DNA of 64,000 bases, from positions 1,088,001 to 1,152,000 of the forward strand of contig OZ253665.1 in the NCBI GenBank assembly GCA_965263295.1, written 5' to 3'. The translations under genes were made by a program, and so were the position numbers. Shown piece by piece: positions 28,007 through 38,004 of this stretch (position 1 is its first letter; each line of letters begins with the position of its first letter). The stretch comes from Spirochaetia bacterium (GTDB taxonomy: Bacteria; Spirochaetota; Spirochaetia; SP-2023). The notes under the pieces were generated by a model. That model had not been told where the DNA came from. It did no database searches and was given only the letters and a program-made list of their open reading frames with translations.

Positions 28007-29371
28007 ATGGCAGCTCTCGTTTCTTTTAAACGCCCTTTCCGGGTACTGCTAATTGGTGTCGGAACCGTTGGCGGCGCCGTGCTGCGAATACTTCAGCAGC
28101 AAAGAACCGGGCAGGCAAATGCTTCAGTAGAAGTTGTGGCAGTGATGTCGCGGCATGTGACGCAACGCTTACAAAGACAAGCCCCGGATTACCTAAAATG
28201 GCTGGGCAAGTCCCAAATATTTAACAACTGGGACGAACTGCAGTGTGCCCTTGCCCCAGCAGCAAATTCAGCTATCGGCAAACTGGATGCCGTAATTGAA
28301 TTGGCAGGAGGTGTTGACAATTGCCTGCCGATCTATCGTTACTTCCTACAGCGTGGCATTCCGATAATTACCGCCAACAAGGCCCTACTGGCCGAATGCG
28401 GCACTGAGTTGTTCCCTCTTGCCCGTCAAAACGGGACTTCCATTGCATGTGAAGCTAGTTGTGGCGGCTGTATTCCCATCTTACAAACCCTACTCTACGG
28501 CCTGCGAACCAGTCGCATCCATGAATTCCATGGGGTATTAAATGGCACTTGCAATTTTATTCTCTCTCAGATGGCGGCCGAAGGCCGCGACTATGCCGAA
28601 GTATTACGCGAAGCCCAGGCCAACGGCCTAGCCGAAGCTGACCCTTTTCTAGATATTGCCGGCATCGACACCGCCCACAAGCTAGCGATTCTCAGCATGC
28701 TCAGTTTTGGTCACAGCCTAAAATTACAAAATATCCCGACCGGCGGCATCAATGACCTGAAGGCAGCGCAAATCGCCACAGGTCGGCAATTAGGCCTGAG
28801 CCTCAAGCTGCTAGCCTCTGCAAAATTCCTCTCGGAGCAGAGTGCCGTCGCCTTGCGCGTGGGGCCATGTTATATCCCCCAGAATACGACAGATTATCGG
28901 CAGAAACTACATCTGGACTTGACGGCCTCACCGCTGGCTAATCTAGCTGGCAGCTTCAATGGCATCTCTTTTTATGGCGAAAACGTCGGCCATATTTACC
29001 TAGAAGGACACGGAGCCGGCGCCAGTGCTACTGCCGCAGCTGTGCTCAGTGACCTTCATCAGCTGGCAAATGGCAGCTATGCTCCAGCTTTTAGCGAATT
29101 TCCCAACTGGCCGCGAGCAGAAAAAATACAGGACCAAAACAAGTGGAATCAATTAGAGCAAAACTGGCTGTTATTCATCGCACCAGAAAATGCGGCATTG
29201 CTAGAAAACTCGTTGCATTTGCTTTTCACTCAGGACGACAAAACCGTCTTCTGCGCCCCGCAGCACAGCGAAGCTCAACTACAAGATCTACAACAACGCT
29301 TGGATATTAACTTTGGCTATATTCCGATTCTGCAACTACCCCAAGAACGATTAGACGGAGACCTTCAATAA
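28007..29371 (+). CDS. hom: Homoserine dehydrogenase
   Basis: GVGTVG, ITANKALLA, EASCGGCIP, GVLNGTCNFIL, AEADP and DTAHKLAIL. Confidence 0.93.
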   Translation: MAALVSFKRPFRVLLIGVGTVGGAVLRILQQQRTGQANASVEVVAVMSRHVTQRLQRQAPDYLKWLGKSQIFNNWDELQCALAPAANSAIGKLDAVIELAGGVDNCLPIYRYFLQRGIPIITANKALLAECGTELFPLARQNGTSIACEASCGGCIPILQTLLYGLRTSRIHEFHGVLNGTCNFILSQMAAEGRDYAEVLREAQANGLAEADPFLDIAGIDTAHKLAILSMLSFGHSLKLQNIPTGGINDLKAAQIATGRQLGLSLKLLASAKFLSEQSAVALRVGPCYIPQNTTDYRQKLHLDLTASPLANLAGSFNGISFYGENVGHIYLEGHGAGASATAAAVLSDLHQLANGSYAPAFSEFPNWPRAEKIQDQNKWNQLEQNWLLFIAPENAALLENSLHLLFTQDDKTVFCAPQHSEAQLQDLQQRLDINFGYIPILQLPQERLDGDLQ

Positions 29372-29489
29372 TAAGTTGAAAGTTATGCCCCCTTTTATCG
29401 CATCGCCTGGAGAGCTGAAATGTCATCGGTTAAAATCTTGGCAAAGATGACAAAGTCGCTTAACCCACTATCCCAATTATCTTAGGCTC

Positions 29490-29518
29490 TTGACTTTGCT
29501 TTACCATCGAGGTATATT
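29490..29518 (+). promoter_or_regulatory. sigma70-type promoter of the hypothetical-fliA unit
   Basis: TTGACT-N17-TATATT. Confidence 0.65.
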
Positions 29519-29552
29519 AAAAGATAATAATCGGTAATTGAGTACGGGAACA

Positions 29553-30071
29553 ATGAAAAAATTTTTTGTCCTCCTTCCTTTCGGTCTTTTGGGTGGCGTG
29601 ATCACCTTTCTAGGGGGGCTTGCGGGAAAAGTTGAATTTTCGATCCTAGCAGTTCGCAGTTTGCTGGCTGTGATCATCTCCATTGTATTTTTATTTGGCT
29701 TGCTCCTCCTCCTTTCCCGCACCCTCTTCCAAGGTGTAGATATTTTTCAAACTAACAATGGCAAAAGTCGCTCAAAAAATAGCAACGCCAAGAAACATTT
29801 TTATTCTCAATTTTTAAAACTCTCAAATCAAAATAAACCTAAAAATGATATAAAATCACGTGACAACAGCGAAGAGGGGCTCTCAATTGCAAACCATAAA
29901 CATCAAGATGAGAACACAGTCTTGAATGTCAGTGAGTCAGAGAACGAGGTGGCTTATAAATCCCCAATTATTGGTAAAAAAGAGTTAGATACTGCAGAGA
30001 GCCAGTTACGCGAAGCCGATACCAAAGAACTTGCCAATCTGGTACGGCATTCCATGAGCGAGGGGTTATAG
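29553..30071 (+). CDS. Two-TM membrane protein preceding fliA
   Basis: Two N-terminal hydrophobic helices, a low-complexity linker and a C-terminal DTKELANLVRHSM helix. Its TAG stop overlaps the fliA GTG. Confidence 0.65.
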   Translation: MKKFFVLLPFGLLGGVITFLGGLAGKVEFSILAVRSLLAVIISIVFLFGLLLLLSRTLFQGVDIFQTNNGKSRSKNSNAKKHFYSQFLKLSNQNKPKNDIKSRDNSEEGLSIANHKHQDENTVLNVSESENEVAYKSPIIGKKELDTAESQLREADTKELANLVRHSMSEGL

Positions 30072-30859
30072 TGGAAGAGAATATTATCGACGGCATCCCC
30101 GAAGAATCTCTTTGGCAACAATATTGCAAGAATCGAGATATAGAGACACGCGACAAAATCATTACCCAATACGCGCCCCTGGTAAAATATGTCGCTGGCA
30201 AAGTTTCCGTGGGGCTGTCTCCGTCGGTCAGCTTTAACGACCTGGTCAGTTTCGGAACTTTCGGCCTACTTGACGCGATTGAGAAGTTTGACCCAGACAA
30301 GCACGTCAAGTTTAAGACCTATGCAGTGACGCGCATTCGCGGTGCTATTTTTGACGAACTGCGAGCTATTGATTGGATACCTCGTTCAGTGCGCCAAAAG
30401 TCGCGCGAAATCGACGAACAAATCCAATATCTAGAACTGCGCTACGGGCGCCCGCCAACGGACGATGAAATTGCCCAGTCACTCAATATGTCGCAGGAAG
30501 AATTTAACCAGACTCTGCTGAAACTCAGCAGCACTTCCATGCTCTCTTTGAACGACATGTTGAGTGTGACCGACGATGAGAGCCTACCTCGTATTGAAAC
30601 GGTGCGCTCGCCAGATCGCTACCAACCTGAAGAAGTCGCTGAACGCCAAGAAATCCGCCAGGTTATCGTCAATGCCATCAATGAGCTACCTGAAAAAGAA
30701 AAAATGATCTTGGTCTTGTATTACTATGAGGATCTTACCCTCAAAGAAATCGGTTCTCTACTTGAAGTCACGGAATCTCGGGTCTCACAGCTGCACACCC
30801 GAGCTGTGATGCGACTACGCAATATCCTTTCCAACAATCGCAAAGGCATTACAGGCTAA
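30071..30859 (+). CDS. fliA: RNA polymerase sigma factor FliA/WhiG (sigma-28)
   Basis: QYAPLVKYVA, FKTYAVTRIRGAIFDELRAIDWIPRSVR and LTLKEIG...VTESRVSQLH. Confidence 0.96.
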   Translation: MEENIIDGIPEESLWQQYCKNRDIETRDKIITQYAPLVKYVAGKVSVGLSPSVSFNDLVSFGTFGLLDAIEKFDPDKHVKFKTYAVTRIRGAIFDELRAIDWIPRSVRQKSREIDEQIQYLELRYGRPPTDDEIAQSLNMSQEEFNQTLLKLSSTSMLSLNDMLSVTDDESLPRIETVRSPDRYQPEEVAERQEIRQVIVNAINELPEKEKMILVLYYYEDLTLKEIGSLLEVTESRVSQLHTRAVMRLRNILSNNRKGITG

Positions 30860-30883
30860 AACAGCACTAATTCTCTCAGCGCT

Positions 30884-30910
30884 TCAGTTATTATCTTGCC
30901 AAGCCGATAT
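30884..30910 (+). promoter_or_regulatory. sigma28-type promoter upstream of fapA
   Basis: TCAG-N15-GCCGATAT (consensus TAAA-N15-GCCGATAA/T). Confidence 0.6.
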
Positions 30911-30952
30911 TCTAGATATCTAGGTTTGATTTTTTAATAGGTACAACTTAAG

Positions 30953-32923
30953 ATGTCCATGAATATCACAGAATTTCGCAATCTTATTGCAGAGCAGTTT
31001 GAACTTGACCGCAAAGTAAAACGCCATCACATGTCAGGACGAAACTTGGATGAGCTGCTGCGCGAAGCCTCCCAGCAATTGCATGTCCCGCTCAAGCAAT
31101 TGGACTATGAAATTGTGGAACGCGGCAACCGCGGTTTTATGCGTATGGTTAGGCCAAGGGATTTAAAAATCCTGGTTTATCGCAGTGAAGTCGACCGGGA
31201 AGCTGACCAAGTACAATTTGCCGACGATATGGTAGCCCAACAGGAAATGTTTGCACCGACTCCGGCTAAAATGTTCCTGCAGGTTCGACCTGATGGCGTC
31301 TATCTTAAGCTGAAAGCACCCAAAAACAATGGGAGACCTATTGCGGAACAAGACGTACTGATGCAGATCAATCGCCTGCTAGGACAACAAACAAAACGAC
31401 GTTTGCTGCGCGAGCTATGCCGCCAAGAATTCTGTGGATATACCAAGGTTGCAGAAATTGACCACCTCCCCAAAGCAGACGCTCGTGTCAATATACAAAT
31501 TTCCCAAGACCGTATGCAAGCTAAGATGATCGTAACAGAATCTGGCGACTACGGTGCTCATTTACAGTTCTCCAATTTGTTGGATATTTTAAATGACAAC
31601 GGTATCAATTACGGTTATGACAAGCAATTCCTTGAAGATTTCTGCGATGAACCAACATACAACAAAGCCGTTCCTATTGCCTCGGGTAAAGCTGCCATCA
31701 ATGGAATTGATCTGCGCATTGAGATTCTCGATAATCCTGATACTAATACCGCCTTACAGGAACAGGGAGGGAAGGTTAACCTGCGTTCAAAAAGAAACTT
31801 GCGTATTGTAACCAAAGGCACAGCCATCGGGATATTGCACGAGCCAACTCGCGGAGAAGTCGGCTACGATGTTCTAGGAGAAGAGCTGCTACCTAATCCT
31901 GGTTCTGCGCGCCCTTATACTATTGGCATTGGTTGCCACCTAGATCCTAGTACCAAAGAAATCCTTGCCGATACTTCAGGCGAAGTTGTTTTTGACGAAG
32001 AACAACAGCTAATTAAAGTGCTGGAGATTCATGTAGTCGAAGGTAACCTGCAAGCCAATATCGACTTCCCTGGGTCTATTATCATTAAGGGTGATGTCGA
32101 AAACGGCTATAAAATCAAGGCTGAAGCCAACATCACAATTATGGGTCACTTGGGTAAATCCGATGTCGAGTGCGGTGGACGCCTAATTATCAAAGCCGGT
32201 ATCAATGCGGTTGACGCTTCCCACAACATCCTCGTTCATGCCAAAGACAATATTTATACACGCTATATAAACAATGCTGTCGTTGCCTCGGGCAAAAGTA
32301 TTATTGTGGAAGATGGTATCCTCGGCTCTACTGTATTTGCCGACGAGTACATAATTTGTCGAGGCAAGCGCGGAGTAATCACGGCCTCCATGACCAATGC
32401 TCGTTTCGGCATTTATGCCAAGAATTTTGGTTCGGCCAGCGGCATGGCAACAGAGTTGGTTGTCGCCAGACCCAAAAAACTACAAGAAGAGTGTGACTCC
32501 TTACAAGAAAAATATGAAACATACCGCAACGAGATAAAGCCGCTGAAGCAAGGCTTGAGTGTACAAAACCGACAAAAAGAAATCATGAGTCAGAGCGGCT
32601 CTATTAAGCCAGAGCTACAAAAACAGATCAACGAAAAAACGGATGAACTGCATGCGGAAATTGCCCGGATAGAAGATATTTTGCATATGATCAACAGCCG
32701 CCTGCAAGAACTGGAGACCGAGGCTTATGCCCTTTCTTGTAAGGCGTTCATCAGCCACGAAAAAATGCTCAATCCTGGTGTGGTAATAACTATCGGTACA
32801 CACCATATGGACATCCAGACGGCGTACTCCAAAGGGCTGACTTTCCGCCTGGAAAACGATGAAATCCACCCTCATCCCTTGGAAGATTTTGATTTAAAGC
32901 AGTTTGAGTTGGATGACCTATAA
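30953..32923 (+). CDS. fapA: FapA/DUF342 family protein with N-terminal Jag_N-like domain
   Basis: Jag_N-like SGRNLDELL...LDYEIVERG; NIDFPGSIIIKGDV and beta-helix repeats; C-terminal coiled coil and NPGVVITIG. Confidence 0.85.
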   Translation: MSMNITEFRNLIAEQFELDRKVKRHHMSGRNLDELLREASQQLHVPLKQLDYEIVERGNRGFMRMVRPRDLKILVYRSEVDREADQVQFADDMVAQQEMFAPTPAKMFLQVRPDGVYLKLKAPKNNGRPIAEQDVLMQINRLLGQQTKRRLLRELCRQEFCGYTKVAEIDHLPKADARVNIQISQDRMQAKMIVTESGDYGAHLQFSNLLDILNDNGINYGYDKQFLEDFCDEPTYNKAVPIASGKAAINGIDLRIEILDNPDTNTALQEQGGKVNLRSKRNLRIVTKGTAIGILHEPTRGEVGYDVLGEELLPNPGSARPYTIGIGCHLDPSTKEILADTSGEVVFDEEQQLIKVLEIHVVEGNLQANIDFPGSIIIKGDVENGYKIKAEANITIMGHLGKSDVECGGRLIIKAGINAVDASHNILVHAKDNIYTRYINNAVVASGKSIIVEDGILGSTVFADEYIICRGKRGVITASMTNARFGIYAKNFGSASGMATELVVARPKKLQEECDSLQEKYETYRNEIKPLKQGLSVQNRQKEIMSQSGSIKPELQKQINEKTDELHAEIARIEDILHMINSRLQELETEAYALSCKAFISHEKMLNPGVVITIGTHHMDIQTAYSKGLTFRLENDEIHPHPLEDFDLKQFELDDL

Positions 32924-32978
32924 ATATAAAGTTTGGTGACTACGCTTTTATGAACTCGTACCCAAAAGGAGCAGGCTA

Positions 32979-33404
32979 ATGTCGATAAGACCAATGGATA
33001 TGAACAATATTTACCTGAGAATGGGAGAAGTCGCTCGCGAACAAGAGAAAGAAGTAAAAAAAGAAGAGCGCGAGCAAAGTATTCAGAAGCGCATCCAGAA
33101 ATTCCGAGAAGAAACCTTTGATCATATTGTCAGCCAAGCTAGAGAAAGTCATGCGGACCAAACGATTCGCGAACATGAGGAACGCAACTTGCCTCCCCTG
33201 CGCAAGCATGAACAAGGACAGCATAGAAAAGAACATTCAAACCAGAGAGAGCAAGCTTCCGTCAGTGCCGAAATCTCAGCTCAAGACCTAGCCTTACCCA
33301 TGGTTACCCTAGAAAATGCAATAAGCGTAAATAAGCACCCGACAGGGCGGATCAAGGCATCTCTCGACCCAGACCTAGGTCACCATATAAATATCGAAAG
33401 CTGA
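32979..33404 (+). CDS. Conserved hypothetical protein downstream of fapA
   Basis: MSIRPMDM...DPDLGHHINI termini typical of this position; AGGAG RBS. Confidence 0.7.
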   Translation: MSIRPMDMNNIYLRMGEVAREQEKEVKKEEREQSIQKRIQKFREETFDHIVSQARESHADQTIREHEERNLPPLRKHEQGQHRKEHSNQREQASVSAEISAQDLALPMVTLENAISVNKHPTGRIKASLDPDLGHHINIES

Positions 33405-33614
33405 TATGTCAAGACAAATACAAGCAACTTGACTTGTGCAAACTAGCTTTCTCGGCTTGGCCTTAATTCATTCTATTGTCCAAACAGCCCTTTTAAAAGT
33501 TAGTATACCTTGAGACAATTTAACTACTGGCCGGCTACTTATCAATGAAGACAACTTGCGGAAACGCCAGGTACTAAAATGGCTTGCGGGCTAAAGACGA
33601 CAGAAAAATAAAAT

Positions 33615-34388
33615 CTAGGAAAGTATGCTGGCACCTTGGGCCCAGGCCCAAAAGTAAGCCAGCCCCCCACACACAAGTGCCAGGGCAATTTCCACCAGAT
33701 ACAAAAGACCGCGCAGTGGCAATTGCAGCCATAAACCCAATTGCAATTCTAAATTCCCGCGCAAGCGGCGCCTGCGTAAAGACCAAAGTTCTCTGAACTT
33801 TTCATGTAATATTTGCTGAAAAAAATGTTGCAATTTCACGGTCCAGTTATTCCGCAGTTGGGCCGATGCACCCGGTTTGCAGCTGAGCGCGGCATCCTCT
33901 ACTGCGCGCTCGGCCGCAGCCATACGCCTGAGCGATTGCCTATGCTGTTGCAACTTTTCCTGTAAGCCTTTCATCAGCAGGCTTGCTGGCAAGCACAAAA
34001 ACAACAGGCCCGAAAGCACAATATAAACTAAACAGCTAGAAAAACTTATCTTGAGAATCAGGCTTAAATTTTCCGGCGCCAATTCCTGCTCGTCAGCCCA
34101 GAAAACAACAAAAGTCAGGCAAAACGTGAGCGTCCGCGCAATACTTTGCGCAGCTTGCAAGAAATACCAGCTGACCAAAAAGGCGGCATATTGTCGCCCT
34201 TCAGACATGCTAAGCATGACATTCAAGCGGCGGAGCAACGAAAACTTGTGCCGCTGTTTAAAGCATTGCACCTTTGTTATCCTTGTATTGAGGCCCGGAA
34301 CTGTTCTGAGAGTCGAGACATGTCGTCCGGCTTTTATAGCAAAACCTCTTCTTGACCGCAAACATATTTGCCGGCCCACCGGGGCCAA
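33615..34388 (-). CDS. Hypothetical membrane protein (true start probably downstream, near 34217)
   Basis: Three hydrophobic segments. The 5' part overlaps the SMP-30 gene. Confidence 0.4.
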   Translation of the reverse strand: MAPVGRQICLRSRRGFAIKAGRHVSTLRTVPGLNTRITKVQCFKQRHKFSLLRRLNVMLSMSEGRQYAAFLVSWYFLQAAQSIARTLTFCLTFVVFWADEQELAPENLSLILKISFSSCLVYIVLSGLLFLCLPASLLMKGLQEKLQQHRQSLRRMAAAERAVEDAALSCKPGASAQLRNNWTVKLQHFFQQILHEKFRELWSLRRRRLRGNLELQLGLWLQLPLRGLLYLVEIALALVCGGLAYFWAWAQGASILS

Positions 34389-35347
34389 CTACTAATCTGG
34401 GGACCCTCTTGTCCCTCGCTCAACCATGAGTTTGCAGCGAAAATACCTCCGGCCTTGCCAGAAATCCCCTCTCCCCCCTGAGTGGCAACAAACAAGATAT
34501 TTAACATATTGCCACCGAAGCAACAAGAAGTGACCTTAGGCGTCCCGACCTCCAAAACTCCCTGTTCCCGACCATCCGGGGCAAAACAGGAAATCTGGCC
34601 AGCACCAGTTTCCGCCAGCCAGATACGTCCATCGCCGTCGACACACAGGCCGTCAGGGCGGCCCGGACGACCGTGAAAGTTTATTAATTCTTCACGCGCG
34701 CCCCAGTCAATCCGTCCCTGTGACAAAGATAACACAGGAAAACGGTATACCGCAAAATCACGAGTATCGGCAAAATACAGAAAGTCACGTCGGGGGCTAA
34801 GCCCCATGCCATTAGCCAATTTCAAGTTCTCTTGCACCAGCTCCACTTCACGCTTGGCTACATTGAACAACAGCAATCGCGAATCCGCCCGAACATCACT
34901 AGGCATGGTTCCACAGAGCACAAAGCTGCCACCCGTAGGCGACGTCCCAGAAGGGAGAGCCAATACATCATTAAAACGGTCCGGAACCCAAGCTGGATCC
35001 ACCTGATGGTAAAGCCGAGGCTTAGCCTGTTGCTGGCAATCACTTTCATATTCCCATTCATATATCCGCCCCGCCGCGCCAAACAACAGGAAACGAGTTT
35101 TACAATTGAGAGCTCTCTGACAAAACACAAAACCACCGACAGGCTCAGTCATAGTCAGAATACAGGCAGACTCAAAGCGCCCTAGCTGTCCATCGCCGCA
35201 TTTCAAGTCGGGAAAGTAACCGCGAAACATTTTGCCTGCAGGGATATCAAGCCAATATAGGGCGGCCTCTTGAGGATGCCAGAGAATATTCTCTGCAGTG
35301 TTGTGACCGTAGTCGGCAATTTGTCGCATAGTCGCTTTCAGGCCCAT
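34334..35347 (-). CDS. SMP-30/gluconolactonase/LRE family protein
   Basis: AENILW, LYWLDI, RFND, ANGMGLSP, PDGLCVDGDG and TSCCFGG. Confidence 0.9.
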   Translation of the reverse strand: MGLKATMRQIADYGHNTAENILWHPQEAALYWLDIPAGKMFRGYFPDLKCGDGQLGRFESACILTMTEPVGGFVFCQRALNCKTRFLLFGAAGRIYEWEYESDCQQQAKPRLYHQVDPAWVPDRFNDVLALPSGTSPTGGSFVLCGTMPSDVRADSRLLLFNVAKREVELVQENLKLANGMGLSPRRDFLYFADTRDFAVYRFPVLSLSQGRIDWGAREELINFHGRPGRPDGLCVDGDGRIWLAETGAGQISCFAPDGREQGVLEVGTPKVTSCCFGGNMLNILFVATQGGEGISGKAGGIFAANSWLSEGQEGPQISSWPRWAGKYVCGQEEVLL

Positions 35348-35374
35348 TGTCAGAATAAAATTGTCAGAATAAAA
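35346..35374. repeat. 14-bp tandem duplication at the SMP-30 start codon
   Basis: ATTGTCAGAATAAA occurs twice in direct tandem. Confidence 0.85.
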
Positions 35375-35687
35375 AGGCTATTCAAAAATACAGGAAAATA
35401 AATCATAGCGATCTCGTGCCTTCATTGCAAGCTGTAAAACATGAATATAGAAATGACAATATAAAATGACTGGGGGACTTATATCTCTGGTTTAATTTTA
35501 GTTCAATTTCTATTCCTATTCCTTAGTTATGGAAATCTTTGTCCCATTCTATCTCGGCCACTAGTGAAAAGCCCTACTTTCTGCTAGGATACCCCCAATT
35601 TCGGCCGCCAGTTATTCTCTACTTGCAGCCGTAGCCAAAGCTGCCCCAAAGCTCTCGAATGGCAGGCAAGCCTTTGCAACAATTACA

Positions 35688-37013
35688 ATGATCACGGTAT
35701 CTCCAATGAATAAGCCCAATCCAGACCAGCAAGAAACAAAGACAGGAGAAAGCAAGGTTAATACCGATCCCGTGAATACCGGCTTGACGAATACCGGTTC
35801 CATGGTCACTCGCAGCCCCCGGCTCAACCCCTTTCAAGACAGTGGGACAACAGATACCCGGCCTCCGCAAGATAGCCCGGGGGCCTCCCAGCAAAGCAGT
35901 AAGACTAAAAATATACCAGCCGGCAAGCCTCCTGAGGCTGCTCCTGGGGCTGCAGTTCATGATACTAATCCCCTCAAGCCGGAATCACAGTCTCAAGATA
36001 GTAATATACTCAGCGAGGAAGAAATGGAGTTTTTCCACAGCCGCCTGGCTTCCATCCGCGAGAAACTGCGCCGCAATATCATTGGGCAAGAAGACTTACT
36101 GCGCCATTTGTTGCTGGCCTTAGTCGGCGGTGGCCACATTCTGATTGAGGGCGTCCCAGGCCTGGCCAAAACTCTGGCCGTACGCAGCCTGGCCCAAAGC
36201 CTGCAACTGAACTGCAAGCGCATTCAGTTTACCCCCGACTTATTGCCCGCGGACCTGATTGGGACCATGATCTTCCATCAAAGCAAAGACGAATTTGTAC
36301 CGCGTCATGGGCCTATCTTTACGCAGGTGCTACTGGCCGACGAAATCAACCGGGCACCGGCCAAAGTGCAGTCAGCCCTACTGGAAGCAATGGGAGAACA
36401 GCAAGTGACGATTGGGGAGACCAGCTATGAGCTACCCAAACCTTTTTTTGTCATGGCTACCCAGAATCCAATAGAAGAAGAGGGCACCTATCCTCTACCC
36501 GCTGCCCAGCTGGACCGCTTTGATCTCAAGTATGTCGTGCGCTATCCCAGCCCTCAGGACGAGCTGACGCTGCTTATGCAATACCAGCATCGACAACTAG
36601 GCTTTCAAACAGCTGCAGGAAAAGAAAACAGGTCCACCAACAATCCAGACTTCCTGCTTTGCCCCGATGCCCTATTCCGAATGCGCGAAATTGCGGCCAA
36701 AATCCACCTCGGAGAACCGCTCGTGCGCTATGTCATCAATATTGTCAATGCCACGCGCGAGACAAATAGCCGCCTGGAGTTCAGCCGATATCTAGATTTT
36801 GGCGCCTCACCTCGCGCCAGCCTGGCTCTGTGTCGCTATGCGGCCCTCAGCGCTCTCTTCTCGGGACGCAACTATGTACTTCCAAACGATATTAAGCTAG
36901 TCTGTCCCTCTGTACTCCGCCATCGCCTGCTCCTTTCTTACGAAGCAGAAGCCGCTAACCAGACTGCCGACGATGTGATCCAGCAAATTTTACAGACGGT
37001 TGTCGTGCCGTGA
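35688..37013 (+). CDS. moxR: MoxR-family AAA+ ATPase
   Basis: EGVPGLAKT, RIQFTPDLLPAD, DEINRAPAKVQSALLEAM, ATQNPIEEEGTY and GASPRA. Confidence 0.95.
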   Translation: MITVSPMNKPNPDQQETKTGESKVNTDPVNTGLTNTGSMVTRSPRLNPFQDSGTTDTRPPQDSPGASQQSSKTKNIPAGKPPEAAPGAAVHDTNPLKPESQSQDSNILSEEEMEFFHSRLASIREKLRRNIIGQEDLLRHLLLALVGGGHILIEGVPGLAKTLAVRSLAQSLQLNCKRIQFTPDLLPADLIGTMIFHQSKDEFVPRHGPIFTQVLLADEINRAPAKVQSALLEAMGEQQVTIGETSYELPKPFFVMATQNPIEEEGTYPLPAAQLDRFDLKYVVRYPSPQDELTLLMQYQHRQLGFQTAAGKENRSTNNPDFLLCPDALFRMREIAAKIHLGEPLVRYVINIVNATRETNSRLEFSRYLDFGASPRASLALCRYAALSALFSGRNYVLPNDIKLVCPSVLRHRLLLSYEAEAANQTADDVIQQILQTVVVP

Positions 37014-37038
37014 GTTTAAACACGTCCCATTATATGCC

Positions 37039-38004
37039 ATGACTGAAGCCAACGAAATACATAAATACATCCGTCACCTAAACCTCACAGTAAGTCGCTT
37101 GGTGCAGGAAATGTTTGCCGGTAACTACCGCTCTATCTTCAAAGGCTTCGGTCTGGAGTTTGCCGAAATTCGCGAATACATGGACGGCGACGATGTGCGT
37201 ATGATTGACTGGAACGTCTTTGCCCGCACCGCGCAACTGCACTCCAAGACTTTCCAAGAAGAGCGCGAACTGGCAATGATGATCATTGCCGACTGTTCAG
37301 CTTCAATGCTCGAAGCAAACTTAGAAAACCGTAAATTTGACTTGCAGCTGTTCTTGTTCGCTTTGTTTGGCACCGCGGCTGCCATGCATGACGACCGCGT
37401 CGGCAGTATTTTCTACCACCACAATGTGGCCGAATTCTTCCCTCCGCGCAAGGGGCGCAAATATGTAATGCAACAACTCAGCAGTTTGACAGCACAGCTG
37501 AGGCAAGCCGATAAAAACCGCGGTAGCAACCTGGGGCAAGCTCTGAGTCTAGCTGCACAAAGGATGCGAAAACGTGGTATCTGTATTATTTTTTCTGACT
37601 TTTTAATTCAGGGCTACGAAAAACAATTGGCGATACTGGCCCACCGCCACGATGTCATTGCCATCCGCCTAAACATGGAATATCACAGCCGTTTCCCCTC
37701 AATTGGCCTGACTCGACTCAACGACTATGAGTCTCAAGAAGGCCAATTTTTTTGGGGGTACTCTTCCAAGTTGAAGAATCGTTACAAAGAGTATTGGCAG
37801 CGCCAAGAAGAACTATGGCAGCATATCTGCCACCGTTATGGCGTTGACAGCTATAATATCAATACCAACGAGAACCTGATACAAAAAATCTATGAGTATC
37901 TGTGGATGCGCCGCAAGGCCAACCGCAAGCCGACAGAAATATCACATAAGCACCCACAGAATCCCTATGATGACACAACTGAAAGCAGCGTAAATAGAAC
38001 ATGA
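37039..38004 (+). CDS. DUF58 family protein (vWA-like, MoxR-associated)
   Basis: GNYRSIFKGFGLEFAEIREYMDGDDVRMIDWNVFAR, DCSASM and FSDF. Confidence 0.92.
   Translation: MTEANEIHKYIRHLNLTVSRLVQEMFAGNYRSIFKGFGLEFAEIREYMDGDDVRMIDWNVFARTAQLHSKTFQEERELAMMIIADCSASMLEANLENRKFDLQLFLFALFGTAAAMHDDRVGSIFYHHNVAEFFPPRKGRKYVMQQLSSLTAQLRQADKNRGSNLGQALSLAAQRMRKRGICIIFSDFLIQGYEKQLAILAHRHDVIAIRLNMEYHSRFPSIGLTRLNDYESQEGQFFWGYSSKLKNRYKEYWQRQEELWQHICHRYGVDSYNINTNENLIQKIYEYLWMRRKANRKPTEISHKHPQNPYDDTTESSVNRT

Noticed and set aside
33405..33614. Riboswitch or ribozyme in the spacer after the fapA unit
   Set aside because: Checked by eye against twister, hammerhead, ZMP, fluoride and c-di-GMP motifs; no convincing match or extended pairing.
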